This document shows positions 19,471 through 27,696 of a DNA stretch of 64,000 nucleotides, in pieces. The translations under genes were made by a program, and so were the position numbers. Source of the stretch: an uncultured Ruminococcus sp. (GTDB taxonomy: Bacteria; Bacillota; Clostridia; Oscillospirales; CAG-272); the NCBI GenBank assembly GCA_902782445.1, contig CACZNC010000019.1, positions 12,662 through 76,661 on the forward strand. The letters are read 5' to 3'. Within the stretch, counting starts at the first letter, position 1; every line of letters starts with the position of its first letter. Under the pieces are notes generated by a model, which was given only the letters and a program-made list of their open reading frames with translations, was not told the DNA's origin and searched no databases.

Positions 19471-19498
19471 TCATAAACCGTCCCCTCCCTCATATACT
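19471..19498 (+). promoter_or_regulatory. possible sigma-E-type sporulation promoter upstream of spoIIID
   Basis: TCATAAA, a 13-nt spacer and CATATACT resemble the B. subtilis sigma-E consensus (ATA-containing -35, CATACA-T -10). It lies 30 nt before ATG 19529. Confidence 0.4.
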
Positions 19499-19528
19499 GA
19501 ACCGAGACAACCACTCCCGGAGGGGAAC

Positions 19529-19795
19529 ATGAGATTCGATGTGTATGAACGGTGCGCGGCTCTGGGGCAGTACATCCTGGAAAACAGAGCGACCGTGCGG
19601 GAGACGGCGGCCCGGTTCGGAGTCAGCAAATCCACGGTGCACAAGGACGTGACGGAACATCTTTCCCGCTCCAATCCCGCTCTCTTTCACGCGGTCAAGG
19701 AGGTGCTCGACACCAACAAGGCGGAGCGGCATCTCAGAGGCGGGGAAGCGACGAGGCTGAAATATCTGCGCCTGCACGGACAGGGAGGAATCTGA
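19529..19795 (+). CDS. spoIIID: stage III sporulation protein D (DNA-binding transcription factor)
   Basis: 88 aa from the internal ATG of ORF 19310..19795 (RBS GGAGGGGA). ARFGVSKSTVHKDVTE and ERHLRGGEATRLKY match B. subtilis SpoIIID almost residue for residue. Confidence 0.9.
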   Translation: MRFDVYERCAALGQYILENRATVRETAARFGVSKSTVHKDVTEHLSRSNPALFHAVKEVLDTNKAERHLRGGEATRLKYLRLHGQGGI

Positions 19796-19804
19796 GGGGG
19801 GATC

Positions 19805-19833
19805 TTGCTTTTTCCCGCTCCCCGTGATACAAT
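19805..19833 (+). promoter_or_regulatory. sigma-A-type promoter with extended -10 (TTGCTT-17-TGaTACAAT)
   Basis: The hexamers lie about 27 nt upstream of ATG 19860. Confidence 0.55.
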
Positions 19834-19859
19834 GAAGAAAAAAGCGGCGGAGGCGGACA

Positions 19860-22043
19860 ATGGAACTCTGGAAGACGGCAAAATGGATCTGGGCGGAGGG
19901 ATACGATTCCGTCAATACCTATCTGATCCTCGAAGGACGGTTCCCGGCGGAAGCGGGCGGACGGTATACGCTGGCGATTTCAGCCGACACGGATTATTCC
20001 TTCGAGATCGGCGGGCGGATGTTCTTCGGGCAGTACGCCGACTACCCCTTCGACAAGGTATACGATCTGAACGACCTCGGAGATTCGGTGACGGCGGGAG
20101 AGAATTTCTTCACCTTAAAGCTCTGGCATCAGGGGGACGACAGCTCCACGGTCCGGGGCGAAAAGGCGGGCGTGATCTGGGAGATCTTTGACGAAAACGG
20201 GACCGTGGTCTCATCAAGCGGGGAGGACGCGGTTTTCCGTCCGTATTCCCGTTTCGACATGGGCCCCGGGGTGGAGCATGTTTCCGGCCAGCTCGGGTAT
20301 TCCTTCCGGTTCGACGCCCGGCGCCCTATGCCCGATCCCGTCCCGACGGTCATCCAGAACAAACCGCTGCCCGCCCGTCTGCGTCCCGTGAAGAAACTGA
20401 CAGTCGGAGAGGACGAACCCGCCGTATTGAGCCTGAGCGGGAGCTTTACGGAGAAGCGCGGGCGGACCCTCGGAGAACGGATGCAGTACGCCGGGATCTC
20501 GTTCGGAGTCCACGATCTCGGCCGGAGACTGCCGAGCAGGAAAGGGATCCTGCTCCGGGCGGAAGAAGGGGAGGACGGCGTATTGGCCCTCATCGACACC
20601 GGAAGGGAGAACGCCGGGATCCTCTCCCTCGATCTGGAGGTGCCGGAGGAGGCCGAGATCCTTGTCGGTTGGGGTGAGCACCTCGACGACGGACGGGTCC
20701 GGGCTTACGTGGGCGGGCGGAATTTCGCGGCGTCCTATTTCGCCCGGGCGGGACGGAACATTTTCGTCAATCCCTTCCGCCGCCTCGGGATGCGGTATCT
20801 CGAACTCCACGTTTACGCAAAAGAAGTTCGGATTCACTATGCCGGGATCCGCCCGACCGAATATCCCCTCGACACGGAGGTGGAATTCACCTGCGCGGAC
20901 AGCCTGCACAACCGGATCTTCGAGGTCTCGAAGCGGACGCTCGAACTGTGCATGCACGTGCACTACGAGGACTGCCCCTGGCGCGAGCAGGCTTTATATT
21001 CCATGGATTCCCGCAACCAGATGCTCTGCGGCTATCTCGCCTTCAAAGAACTGGATTTCCCCCGGGCCTCCCTCCGGCTCATGGCTCAGTCGATCCGGGA
21101 CGACGACATGCTCGAACTCTGCTCCCCGGCCCGGGTATCCATAACCATCCCGGCGTTTACGGCGATCTATCTCACGCAGGTCTGTGAATACCTGGTCTAT
21201 TCGGAAAAGATCAACGGACAGCCGGACACGGACACCGCCCGGGAGCTTCTGCCGGTCCTCATCCGGATCGCGGACGGGTTCATCCGCCGGAGAGATCCCG
21301 GAACCGGTCTGATCCCGTGCTTCAAGGAGGCGAAATACTGGAATTTCTACGAATGGCAGGACGGTCTGTCCGGTTCCATCGGCGGATCGGTCGGAGAGGA
21401 TGCCGTCACCTTCGACGCTCCGCTCTGCGCCTTCGTTTCTTTCGGACTGCGGTCCCTTGCGGACATCCTCGATCTTCTCGGAGACGGGGAAAGGGCAGAG
21501 TATTACAGGAACGAGCACCGGTCCCTCAACGAGAGCGTCAACCGGTATTTCTGGGACGAAGACCGCGGGGCGTATGCCTCCTACATCCGCCGGTCGACGG
21601 GCGAGAAATTCCACTATGCGGAGCTGACGAACGCGCTGATCGTCTATGCGGACGCCGCCGTGGGAGAGAGGTTAACGTCTACACTTGTAAGTCTGGAAGG
21701 GAAGTCCGGTCTGATCCCGGTGACCCTGAGCCACAGCATCTTCAAGTACGACGCACTCATGAAAGATCCTGAGAAATACGCGCGGTTCGTATTCCGGTCC
21801 ATCGGGGATCTGTGGGGAAGTATGCTGTATCAGAACGCGACCTCGTTCTGGGAGACCATCGAAGGCGCGCGTGATTTCGGAAACGCCGGAAGCCTCTGTC
21901 ACGGGTGGAGCGCGATCCCGATCCGGTTCTACGCAGAATACGCGGCGGAGATGGACGGTGAGGAAACGGGGCTGTACGAATGCAGGCTGAAAGAAATTCG
22001 GCTTTCCGACCTTTCGGGTTCCGTATGTGCGCGGATGTTTTGA
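19860..22043 (+). CDS. alpha-L-rhamnosidase-like (GH78-type six-hairpin) glycoside hydrolase, cytoplasmic
   Basis: 727 aa. HVHYEDCPWREQALYSMDSRNQ and a C-terminal GSLCHGWSAIP fit the GH78 catalytic domain as I recall it. No signal peptide. Confidence 0.65.
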   Translation: MELWKTAKWIWAEGYDSVNTYLILEGRFPAEAGGRYTLAISADTDYSFEIGGRMFFGQYADYPFDKVYDLNDLGDSVTAGENFFTLKLWHQGDDSSTVRGEKAGVIWEIFDENGTVVSSSGEDAVFRPYSRFDMGPGVEHVSGQLGYSFRFDARRPMPDPVPTVIQNKPLPARLRPVKKLTVGEDEPAVLSLSGSFTEKRGRTLGERMQYAGISFGVHDLGRRLPSRKGILLRAEEGEDGVLALIDTGRENAGILSLDLEVPEEAEILVGWGEHLDDGRVRAYVGGRNFAASYFARAGRNIFVNPFRRLGMRYLELHVYAKEVRIHYAGIRPTEYPLDTEVEFTCADSLHNRIFEVSKRTLELCMHVHYEDCPWREQALYSMDSRNQMLCGYLAFKELDFPRASLRLMAQSIRDDDMLELCSPARVSITIPAFTAIYLTQVCEYLVYSEKINGQPDTDTARELLPVLIRIADGFIRRRDPGTGLIPCFKEAKYWNFYEWQDGLSGSIGGSVGEDAVTFDAPLCAFVSFGLRSLADILDLLGDGERAEYYRNEHRSLNESVNRYFWDEDRGAYASYIRRSTGEKFHYAELTNALIVYADAAVGERLTSTLVSLEGKSGLIPVTLSHSIFKYDALMKDPEKYARFVFRSIGDLWGSMLYQNATSFWETIEGARDFGNAGSLCHGWSAIPIRFYAEYAAEMDGEETGLYECRLKEIRLSDLSGSVCARMF

Positions 22044-22063
22044 CGAATTCGGGATAAAAGTGT

Positions 22064-22110
22064 ACCGCGGGTTTGTATGTGTTCAACATTGCAAATCCGC
22101 GGATTTTTTG
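22064..22110 (+). terminator. intrinsic terminator after the GH78-like gene
   Basis: ACCGCGGGTTTG...CAAATCCGCGG stem followed by ATTTTTT. It overlaps the next promoter. Confidence 0.6.
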
Positions 22111-22117
22111 TTATAAT
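22089..22117 (+). promoter_or_regulatory. sigma-A-type promoter (TTGCAA-17-TATAAT) for the ECF S-component gene
   Basis: Consensus-like hexamers. The predicted leader is about 120 nt. Confidence 0.6.
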
Positions 22118-22173
22118 GGAACCGCCATAGGACGGAGGGAACACCCGATCCGTCCGGGAATCTCTCTTGGCAT

Positions 22174-22204
22174 GATTATACAAAATGCAAATTTTGTATA
22201 ATTC
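22174..22204 (+). promoter_or_regulatory. perfect 11-bp inverted repeat with a GCAA loop in the leader (RNA hairpin or protein operator)
   Basis: TTATACAAAAT-GCAA-ATTTTGTATAA, extendable by 1-2 pairs. It is enclosed by an outer GGAATC/GATTCC pairing (about 22157-22217) and preceded by the hairpin GGACGG...CCGTCC (22130-22155). Confidence 0.5.
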
Positions 22205-22245
22205 AGGGAAGGATTCCAAGACGTTTTTCTACATCGGAGGATAAA

Positions 22246-22815
22246 ATGAAACGCAACAAATCTGATGTCCGCAAACTCGCAAGAGTCGGTATCCTGATTG
22301 CAGTGGTGATCGTTCTCCAGCTGCTTCCGATCAAATTCGGACCCGTCGAGATCAATCTCGCGCTGATCCCGATCGTGCTCGGCGCCCTGCTGTACGGACC
22401 TCTCACCGGCGCGCTGCTCGGCGTGATCGACGGTATCGTCATTCTGCTTCTTCCCGGGACCGGCGGATTTCTGAGCTTTAATCCGATCTGCACGATCCTC
22501 ATGTGCCTGCTGAAAACCGGTCTTGCCGGACTGATCGCCGGTTTCATTCACAAGTCCCTGCGGAAATTCGACGAGACCGTGGGTATCTCGATCGCCGCCT
22601 TTTCCGCTCCCGTCGTGAATACCGGGATCTTTATTGTCGGTGTGCTCACGATTTTCAGAGGACTATTTGAAGGTGCGGCCGCCGAACAGGAACTGACCAT
22701 GATCCAGTATGTGATCGCCACCTTCATCACCACCAATTTCCTGATCGAGATCATCGTGACGATGGTGCTGTCCCCCGTCCTGATCCGCCTCGTTTCCATG
22801 TTCAAGGACAAATAA
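22246..22815 (+). CDS. ECF transporter S component (substrate-capture subunit; substrate unknown)
   Basis: 189 aa with six hydrophobic helices. The N-terminus KLARVGILIAVVIVLQLL is typical of ECF S components. No ECF A/T genes are adjacent. Confidence 0.7.
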   Translation: MKRNKSDVRKLARVGILIAVVIVLQLLPIKFGPVEINLALIPIVLGALLYGPLTGALLGVIDGIVILLLPGTGGFLSFNPICTILMCLLKTGLAGLIAGFIHKSLRKFDETVGISIAAFSAPVVNTGIFIVGVLTIFRGLFEGAAAEQELTMIQYVIATFITTNFLIEIIVTMVLSPVLIRLVSMFKDK

Positions 22816-22829
22816 GGATCCCGGGCTGA

Positions 22830-22842
22830 GATTATACAAAAT
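22830..22842 (+). repeat. second copy of the 13-mer GATTATACAAAAT (first copy 22174-22186)
   Basis: Exact 13-nt AT-rich match 14 nt after the stop codon. It is followed by TTTTG, as in the upstream palindrome minus its loop. Confidence 0.5.
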
Positions 22843-22870
22843 TTTTGACCCTGGGTCCTGACCCAAAAGA

Positions 22871-22908
22871 GATGCAGACACGCTTCCGAACTGTCTGCAT
22901 CTTTTCTG
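22871..22908. terminator. bidirectional intrinsic terminator between convergent genes
   Basis: GATGCAGACA-11 nt-TGTCTGCATC followed by TTTTCTG, with AAAAGA on the other side. Confidence 0.75.
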
Positions 22909-22926
22909 ATTTATTATAAGGTCGTC

Positions 22927-23646
22927 TTATTCAAGCTCGTACCCGAGATCCTTCATGTCCCCCTCGAAGAAATCGAACATGTGGACGCCGTCGTCCTTCC
23001 GGTACCGGCCCACGGAATCCGGGCGCATTTCGATCTTCGCGATCGGGATCCCGAGATAATCGGAAATCCGCTTCACCGTGTTGTCCTGATCGAAGACCAT
23101 ATCCTCGAACCGGACGTACAGCGCGTGCTTCGGCTCGGGAACGGAACGGACGATTTCCCGCTGATACAGCCAGCTCACCGCGCGGTCATGCCGGACGTCG
23201 CCCGTCTTTTCGTATTTGACGCCGAAATCCCCGAGATCGTCGGTCAGGTGCGCGCCGAGGATGCAGTCCCGCGGATCCCGGACCCAGAAGATGTAGCGGA
23301 TATCCGGGAACATCCGCGCGATCCACGGATAGACAAGCGTCGTTTCGGGGATCTTCCAGCCTTTGTATTCCGCGTCGGATTTGAGGACGCTCTGGAGATA
23401 TTCCTCGATCAGGACCTTGAACTTTCCCGGGATCTCGCAGGTGTTGACCCTTGTGAAATCCCATGTATTGCCGCCCTTGTAGTCGACATATTCCGCGAAG
23501 ACCCGGCAGGCTTCGTACATCTTTTCAGGAGGAAGCAGGTCCCCCGATCCGTTCAGCGATTCCCCCATGAAGACGCCGCTTGCCGTCAGGGTGTGGGAGA
23601 TGGAGCGGGTGCCGGAATGGCCGCGTCCGATGATGGTGATGAGCAT
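22927..23646 (-). CDS. PAPS-type sulfotransferase family protein
   Basis: Only the last 239 aa of ORF 22927..25050 look real (ATG 23646). 5'-PSB-like loop IIGRGHSGTRS and 3'-PB-like FWVRDPRDCILG. Confidence 0.65.
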   Translation of the reverse strand: MLITIIGRGHSGTRSISHTLTASGVFMGESLNGSGDLLPPEKMYEACRVFAEYVDYKGGNTWDFTRVNTCEIPGKFKVLIEEYLQSVLKSDAEYKGWKIPETTLVYPWIARMFPDIRYIFWVRDPRDCILGAHLTDDLGDFGVKYEKTGDVRHDRAVSWLYQREIVRSVPEPKHALYVRFEDMVFDQDNTVKRISDYLGIPIAKIEMRPDSVGRYRKDDGVHMFDFFEGDMKDLGYELE

Positions 23647-23907
23647 GGATTCCCTCTCTTGTTTTTGATTGATTCCTTTTCTGAGTGTATCACATCCGGA
23701 GCGGGAAGTCAAGAACGGACGGGACTTCTTCCCCGCTTCCCTTTCCCTGAATGATGAAATTTGTCGCCATGAACAATCCGGAAAGTCATTTTTTGTGCGA
23801 ATCGCCAAATCTTGAAAAAATGCCAGGACTTGCTTTTCAAAAATCACGGAGTGTGATATAATATCCTGTAACGATTTACGAACCGAACGAACGGAGGATA
23901 CGTTTTT

Positions 23908-24378
23908 ATGAAAATGAGAGTGATGTACGCCACGAGGAAGGGCAAAATGGTGACCTACGCGGAAGCCATCGGAGCAGCCTGCGGATGTCTGGTGAACGAT
24001 ATTCCCCCGGCCTATCCCGCCGACAAGGAACGTCTCGTGCTGATCGGGCTGTCGATGAGCGGCGACCCCGAGGACCGCGTGCGCCGTTTCTGCTCCGAAC
24101 TCACTCCCGATAAAGCCGCATACGTTGCGCTCTTCATCGACGGAGAACCCGGAGGCGAGGGTGAGGAACAGGTCAAGGAGATCCTGAGAACCGCCGGCAC
24201 CAACGTGCTCGAAGAGACCTATTACGTCAAGTGCGGCCGCTTCAACTTCTCCAAAAAGATCTCCCTCGAAGAACGCCAGCACATCGTGGACTGGGCGAGA
24301 AAGATGCAGAACTGGGTCATTTCCCTCAACGGCAAAGCCCCGACGACAAAGACCTTCGAACCCGCTCCGAAAGAATAA
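23908..24378 (+). CDS. hypothetical protein (flavodoxin-like fold suspected)
   Basis: 156 aa with a GGAGGA RBS. The beta-alpha pattern (MRVMYATRKGKM..., LVLIGLSM) hints at a flavodoxin-like fold. This is a weak call. Confidence 0.4.
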   Translation: MKMRVMYATRKGKMVTYAEAIGAACGCLVNDIPPAYPADKERLVLIGLSMSGDPEDRVRRFCSELTPDKAAYVALFIDGEPGGEGEEQVKEILRTAGTNVLEETYYVKCGRFNFSKKISLEERQHIVDWARKMQNWVISLNGKAPTTKTFEPAPKE

Positions 24379-24447
24379 TAACCGAACGCCCCGGATCGAG
24401 CCTGTCCGGGGTTCGTTTTCTCTCTGCCTGTCTGCCGGAAAGGAGGA

Positions 24448-25095
24448 GTGCGTTTGGATCCGCTCTGTCTTCTGCTCGCGATCCCCGTTGCTTTCGCCGT
24501 CTGCCACTATCGGTGGGGAAAGTTCCCTCTCAGCGCGTCCGTGACTCTGTCCTGCGCCGCGATCACCTTTCTCCGGGCGGATCCCTGGATCACGGCCGCC
24601 TATCTTGTGTCCGTCGTCGGAGACTGGTTCATGAATCACTCCGGCGGAAAGGACGGCGACCGGATGCTTCTCTGCGGGATCGGCGGATTTTTCCTCGCCC
24701 ACTTCTGCTTTCTCTTCGCGGGGATCCGAAAGATCCGGGCGGAGGAGTTCGGTCCTTTCTGGCTGATCCCCTGCGCCCTTCTCGCCGCCGGATATACGGT
24801 ATTTCTCGTGAAAAAGCTGTTTCCGGCGCTGGACGGGCGGATCATGAAGGCCGCGGTCTCCGCCTACGTGGGAATCTCCCTTTCCGTCATCACGGTTTCC
24901 CTGCTCTCCTCCGCCGCGCCGCTGCCGAAATTCCTGTTCGCCGCCGGGATCGCCATGATCCTCTTTTCCGACACCCTCATCGCGCTGTCCCGGTTTCTGA
25001 AAATCAAGAAGGTCGGCCGCGCGGTCTGTCCCACTTACTTCGCCTGTCATATCCTTATCGCGGCGTCGGTGTTCGCGGAGCGGGGATTCTTCTGA
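24448..25095 (+). CDS. YhhN/lysoplasmalogenase-family membrane protein
   Basis: 215 aa with a GTG start and 7-8 TM helices. VSVVGDWFM and GGFFLAHFCFLFA resemble the YhhN family. Confidence 0.6.
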   Translation: MRLDPLCLLLAIPVAFAVCHYRWGKFPLSASVTLSCAAITFLRADPWITAAYLVSVVGDWFMNHSGGKDGDRMLLCGIGGFFLAHFCFLFAGIRKIRAEEFGPFWLIPCALLAAGYTVFLVKKLFPALDGRIMKAAVSAYVGISLSVITVSLLSSAAPLPKFLFAAGIAMILFSDTLIALSRFLKIKKVGRAVCPTYFACHILIAASVFAERGFF

Positions 25096-25142
25096 TTTTT
25101 CAGGCCGGAAGAAAAATTCTCCGACTTTTTTTCCGAAACCCC

Positions 25143-25171
25143 TTGCAATCCGGGATAGAGTATGATATAAT
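25143..25171 (+). promoter_or_regulatory. sigma-A-type promoter with extended -10 (TTGCAA-17-TGaTATAAT) for tRNA-Glu
   Basis: Consensus-like hexamers about 22 nt upstream of the tRNA 5' end. Confidence 0.65.
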
Positions 25172-25192
25172 GCCTATGTTCCAAGGGAACAT

Positions 25193-25264
25193 GGCCTGTT
25201 GGTCAAGCGGCTAAGACGACGCCCTCTCACGGCGTAAACGGGGGTTCGATTCCCCCACGGGTCA
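25193..25264 (+). tRNA. tRNA-Glu (anticodon CUC)
   Basis: A hand-folded 72-nt cloverleaf. Acceptor GGCCTGT/ACGGGTC (two G-U pairs), D arm GTC-AAGCGGCTAA-GAC, anticodon arm ACGCC-CTCTCAC-GGCGT, T arm GGGGG-TTCGATT-CCCCC and discriminator A. No encoded CCA. Confidence 0.9.
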
Positions 25265-25298
25265 TAAAGAGATCGGATTTGCTTCCGGTCTCTTTTCA
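25247..25298 (+). repeat. direct repeat copy 1 (last 18 nt of tRNA-Glu plus its terminator hairpin)
   Basis: CGATTCCCCCACGGGTCATAAAGAGATCGGATTTGCTTCCGGTCTCTTTTCA is identical to 25402-25453. Confidence 0.85.
25266..25297 (+). terminator. hairpin terminator after tRNA-Glu
   Basis: AAAGAGATCGG-8 nt-CCGGTCTCTTT, with the U-run partly inside the stem. Confidence 0.5.
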
Positions 25299-25401
25299 CG
25301 TTGAAAAGGAAGCTGTACGAAACGGGAATCGAACGGGTGCGTGTCAGAAAAGTCTCCGGGGGAGAGTTTTCCCGCACCCTGACCGAGCCCGCAGGCGAGA
25401 C

Positions 25402-25453
25402 CGATTCCCCCACGGGTCATAAAGAGATCGGATTTGCTTCCGGTCTCTTTTCA
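25402..25453 (+). repeat. direct repeat copy 2 (partial tRNA 3' end plus terminator; att-like)
   Basis: A 52/52 match to 25247-25298. The sequence upstream of it cannot complete a T stem or an acceptor stem, so this is not a second tRNA. Confidence 0.85.
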
Positions 25454-25480
25454 TGTTTATCCCCCGATCAACGAACGTCT

Positions 25481-25511
25481 TAAAAATACCTGCGGTCCTC
25501 ACACCGCGGGT
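25481..25511 (-). terminator. intrinsic terminator overlapping the stop codon of the spoVB-like gene
   Basis: On the minus strand: ACCCGCGGT-gtgagg-ACCGCAGGT followed by ATTTTTA. Confidence 0.55.
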
Positions 25512-27055
25512 TCTTTATTTCTGAGGCGATCCGCTTCGGCCGATTTTCTCCCCGGGAGACTGAGCGTGAAGAGCAGGTATAGGGCGAGAAATGCTATCAT
25601 TGAAACTGTCGGCGGAAGCGTTCGGAAAAAGATCCCCTTTACAACGGAAACGGCGAGAACAGACGCGGCGGGACGGATATACGCCGGAAACGCCTCCCGG
25701 ATCCCGGTCCCCGTGACTTTTCCGAGACGCCGGATGCTCGCGGCCAGATTCCCGACTTCGCAGAGCCAGATCGTAAGAATGTACCCGTCCAGTCCCATCG
25801 CGGGAGTCAGCAGAAGGACGAGGATCAGTCCGGACGCCGCGTCCGCGATATTCACCTTCATCGAATAGACCTGCTCGCCCACCCCTTTCAGAACGGCGTC
25901 GACGGCGGTGTCCAGATACATGAAGGGGACCAGAAGTCCGAGGATCAGGGTCGGGCGGGCGGCTTCCGCGGATCGGTACACCAGAAGTCCGAGCTCCTCC
26001 GCGTAGTTGACAAAGATCCCGCAGGCAAGAAGGGAGAAGAGCGCGGAAGCCCGGTAGACCTTTTTCACCGCGCGCCGGATCCCCTCCGAATCCCCGCGGG
26101 CTTTCAGCTCGGACATCTCCGGAACCAGCAGCGAAGTGAAGGATCCGATCACGGCATAGGGGAACATGACGAGGGGAAACGCGATCCCCTGCAGGAGTCC
26201 GTAGGCAGAGAGGGCACGCTCCCGGGTCAGTCCGTTTCGGATCAGCCCCTTCGGGATCGCAAGGTGTTCGAGAGTCGTCAGGCCCTGCCGTGCGTAAGTC
26301 CCCACCGCCGCCGGAAAGGAGATCGCCGCGCCGTCGAGGAACCGGGTGCGGATCCGGACGCTCTTCCCTTCCTTCCCCGCCCCCTTCGGACGCTTCGAAT
26401 CCGTCGCCCAGAAAACAAGGTTCAATAAGAGGGTCCACGCTTCGGACACAGCCGATCCTCCCACCACAGCGAAGCACGCGCTCTCCACGTTCCCCGGCAG
26501 GATCAGCATGAGCGAAGCGGAGGTGACGGCGATCTTGACGAACTGTTCGGTCACGGTGGCCGCCGCGTTCTTCGGGACCTTGCGGATCCCCGTGAAATAT
26601 CCCGAAAGAGCCGAGGACAGAGAGATGAAGGGCAGGCTGAGGGCGAGGACGCGGAGGGACCGGAGGGTGCGCATATCCCCGAGAAGCCGCTCGGCGACGG
26701 GGACGGAAAAAGCCATCAGAGCCGCTCCGCTCGTGCACCCGAAAAGAAGGCTGTACAGGCAGACCGCCCGCATCACGCTTCTCATGGCCGATCTCCAGGA
26801 CTCCCCGTCCGCTCCTTCCAGTTCGGCGCAACGGGCGGAGGTCAGCCGGACGGCTCCGAGATTGACGGATGAGAGCGCAAGGGTGACGGCGAATCCGTAG
26901 ACGCTCATTGTCAGGGTCACAAGTCCCATGCTCTCCGGGCCGATCTTCCGGTTCACCCACGCGCTGAAGCTCACGGCGACGCCCCGCATGAGGATGCTCA
27001 CCGCGGAAAGAAAGAGGGCGTTTTTCAGAAACGGATTTCGCTTTTTCACTGGCAT
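25499..27055 (-). CDS. MOP-superfamily flippase, SpoVB/MurJ-like
   Basis: 518 aa from ATG 27055 (RBS GGAGGGG; the ORF-track start 27193 is too far upstream). About 14 TM helices. The N-terminus FLKNALFLSAVSILMRGVAVSF is typical of polysaccharide biosynthesis / SpoVB proteins. Confidence 0.7.
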   Translation of the reverse strand: MPVKKRNPFLKNALFLSAVSILMRGVAVSFSAWVNRKIGPESMGLVTLTMSVYGFAVTLALSSVNLGAVRLTSARCAELEGADGESWRSAMRSVMRAVCLYSLLFGCTSGAALMAFSVPVAERLLGDMRTLRSLRVLALSLPFISLSSALSGYFTGIRKVPKNAAATVTEQFVKIAVTSASLMLILPGNVESACFAVVGGSAVSEAWTLLLNLVFWATDSKRPKGAGKEGKSVRIRTRFLDGAAISFPAAVGTYARQGLTTLEHLAIPKGLIRNGLTRERALSAYGLLQGIAFPLVMFPYAVIGSFTSLLVPEMSELKARGDSEGIRRAVKKVYRASALFSLLACGIFVNYAEELGLLVYRSAEAARPTLILGLLVPFMYLDTAVDAVLKGVGEQVYSMKVNIADAASGLILVLLLTPAMGLDGYILTIWLCEVGNLAASIRRLGKVTGTGIREAFPAYIRPAASVLAVSVVKGIFFRTLPPTVSMIAFLALYLLFTLSLPGRKSAEADRLRNKEPAV

Positions 27056-27170
27056 CCCCTCCCGGGCCGGTTCTTTTCCAAATTTTCCGCATCGCGGGCG
27101 TTTACGTCTTGATTTCTTCACAATCCGTGGTGTATAATAAAAAAAACATGCGAAAAAAACCGAGGTCTCC

Positions 27171-27659
27171 ATGGAACGAGTAAGCAAACACAATTATTAT
27201 CTCGATATCGCCCAAACCGTCTCGGAGCGGAGCACCTGCCTGCGCCGCCGGTTCGGAGCGATCATCGTCAAGAACGACGTCATCATTTCCACCGGTTACA
27301 ACGGATCCCCCCGCGGACGGGCAAACTGTTCCGATCTCGGGACCTGCTATCGGGAACAGATGAAGATCCCGCGCGGAGAACGCTACGAGCTCTGCCGCTC
27401 CGTACACAGCGAGGCAAACGCCATCATCGCGGCGTCCCGGGAAAACATGCTCGGCGCGGTCCTCTATATGTGCTGCACCGACCCGAAGACGGGAAAGATC
27501 ATGCCCGGAACCAATTCCTGCATGATGTGCAAAAAGCTCATCATCAACGCGGGCATCTCCACCGTCTTCATCCGGGACACGGAGACGGAGTTCCGCGAGA
27601 TCCCCGTGACCGACTGGGTGACAGACGACGATTCACTCTCCGGCAAACTGGGTTACTGA
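27171..27659 (+). CDS. dCMP deaminase (ComEB-type cytidine/deoxycytidylate deaminase)
   Basis: 162 aa. Zinc motifs HSEANAI and SCMMCKKLIINAGI. Confidence 0.85.
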   Translation: MERVSKHNYYLDIAQTVSERSTCLRRRFGAIIVKNDVIISTGYNGSPRGRANCSDLGTCYREQMKIPRGERYELCRSVHSEANAIIAASRENMLGAVLYMCCTDPKTGKIMPGTNSCMMCKKLIINAGISTVFIRDTETEFREIPVTDWVTDDDSLSGKLGY

Positions 27660-27696
27660 TCCCCCGGCGTCATTGTATGGAAGGTTTGGCTTGTAT

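Noticed and set aside
22118-22245. Assignment of the leader to a known riboswitch class (FMN, TPP, THF, preQ1, cobalamin)
   Set aside because: I could not find any of the conserved core strings of those classes by eye, so it is left unclassified pending a covariance-model scan.
23647-25050. N-terminal 468 aa of the 707-aa ORF 22927..25050
   Set aside because: It overlaps two good plus-strand genes (the flavodoxin-like and YhhN genes) and has an implausible composition. Only the last 239 aa, from ATG 23646 with sulfotransferase motifs, are kept.
25299-25401. Integrated mobile element or prophage between the tRNA-derived direct repeats
   Set aside because: Only 103 non-coding nt lie between the repeats, and no integrase or any other gene is present. 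At most this is a scar. I also could not fold the insert, or repeat copy 2 plus its upstream sequence, into a tRNA: the T stem is mismatched and there is no acceptor partner.
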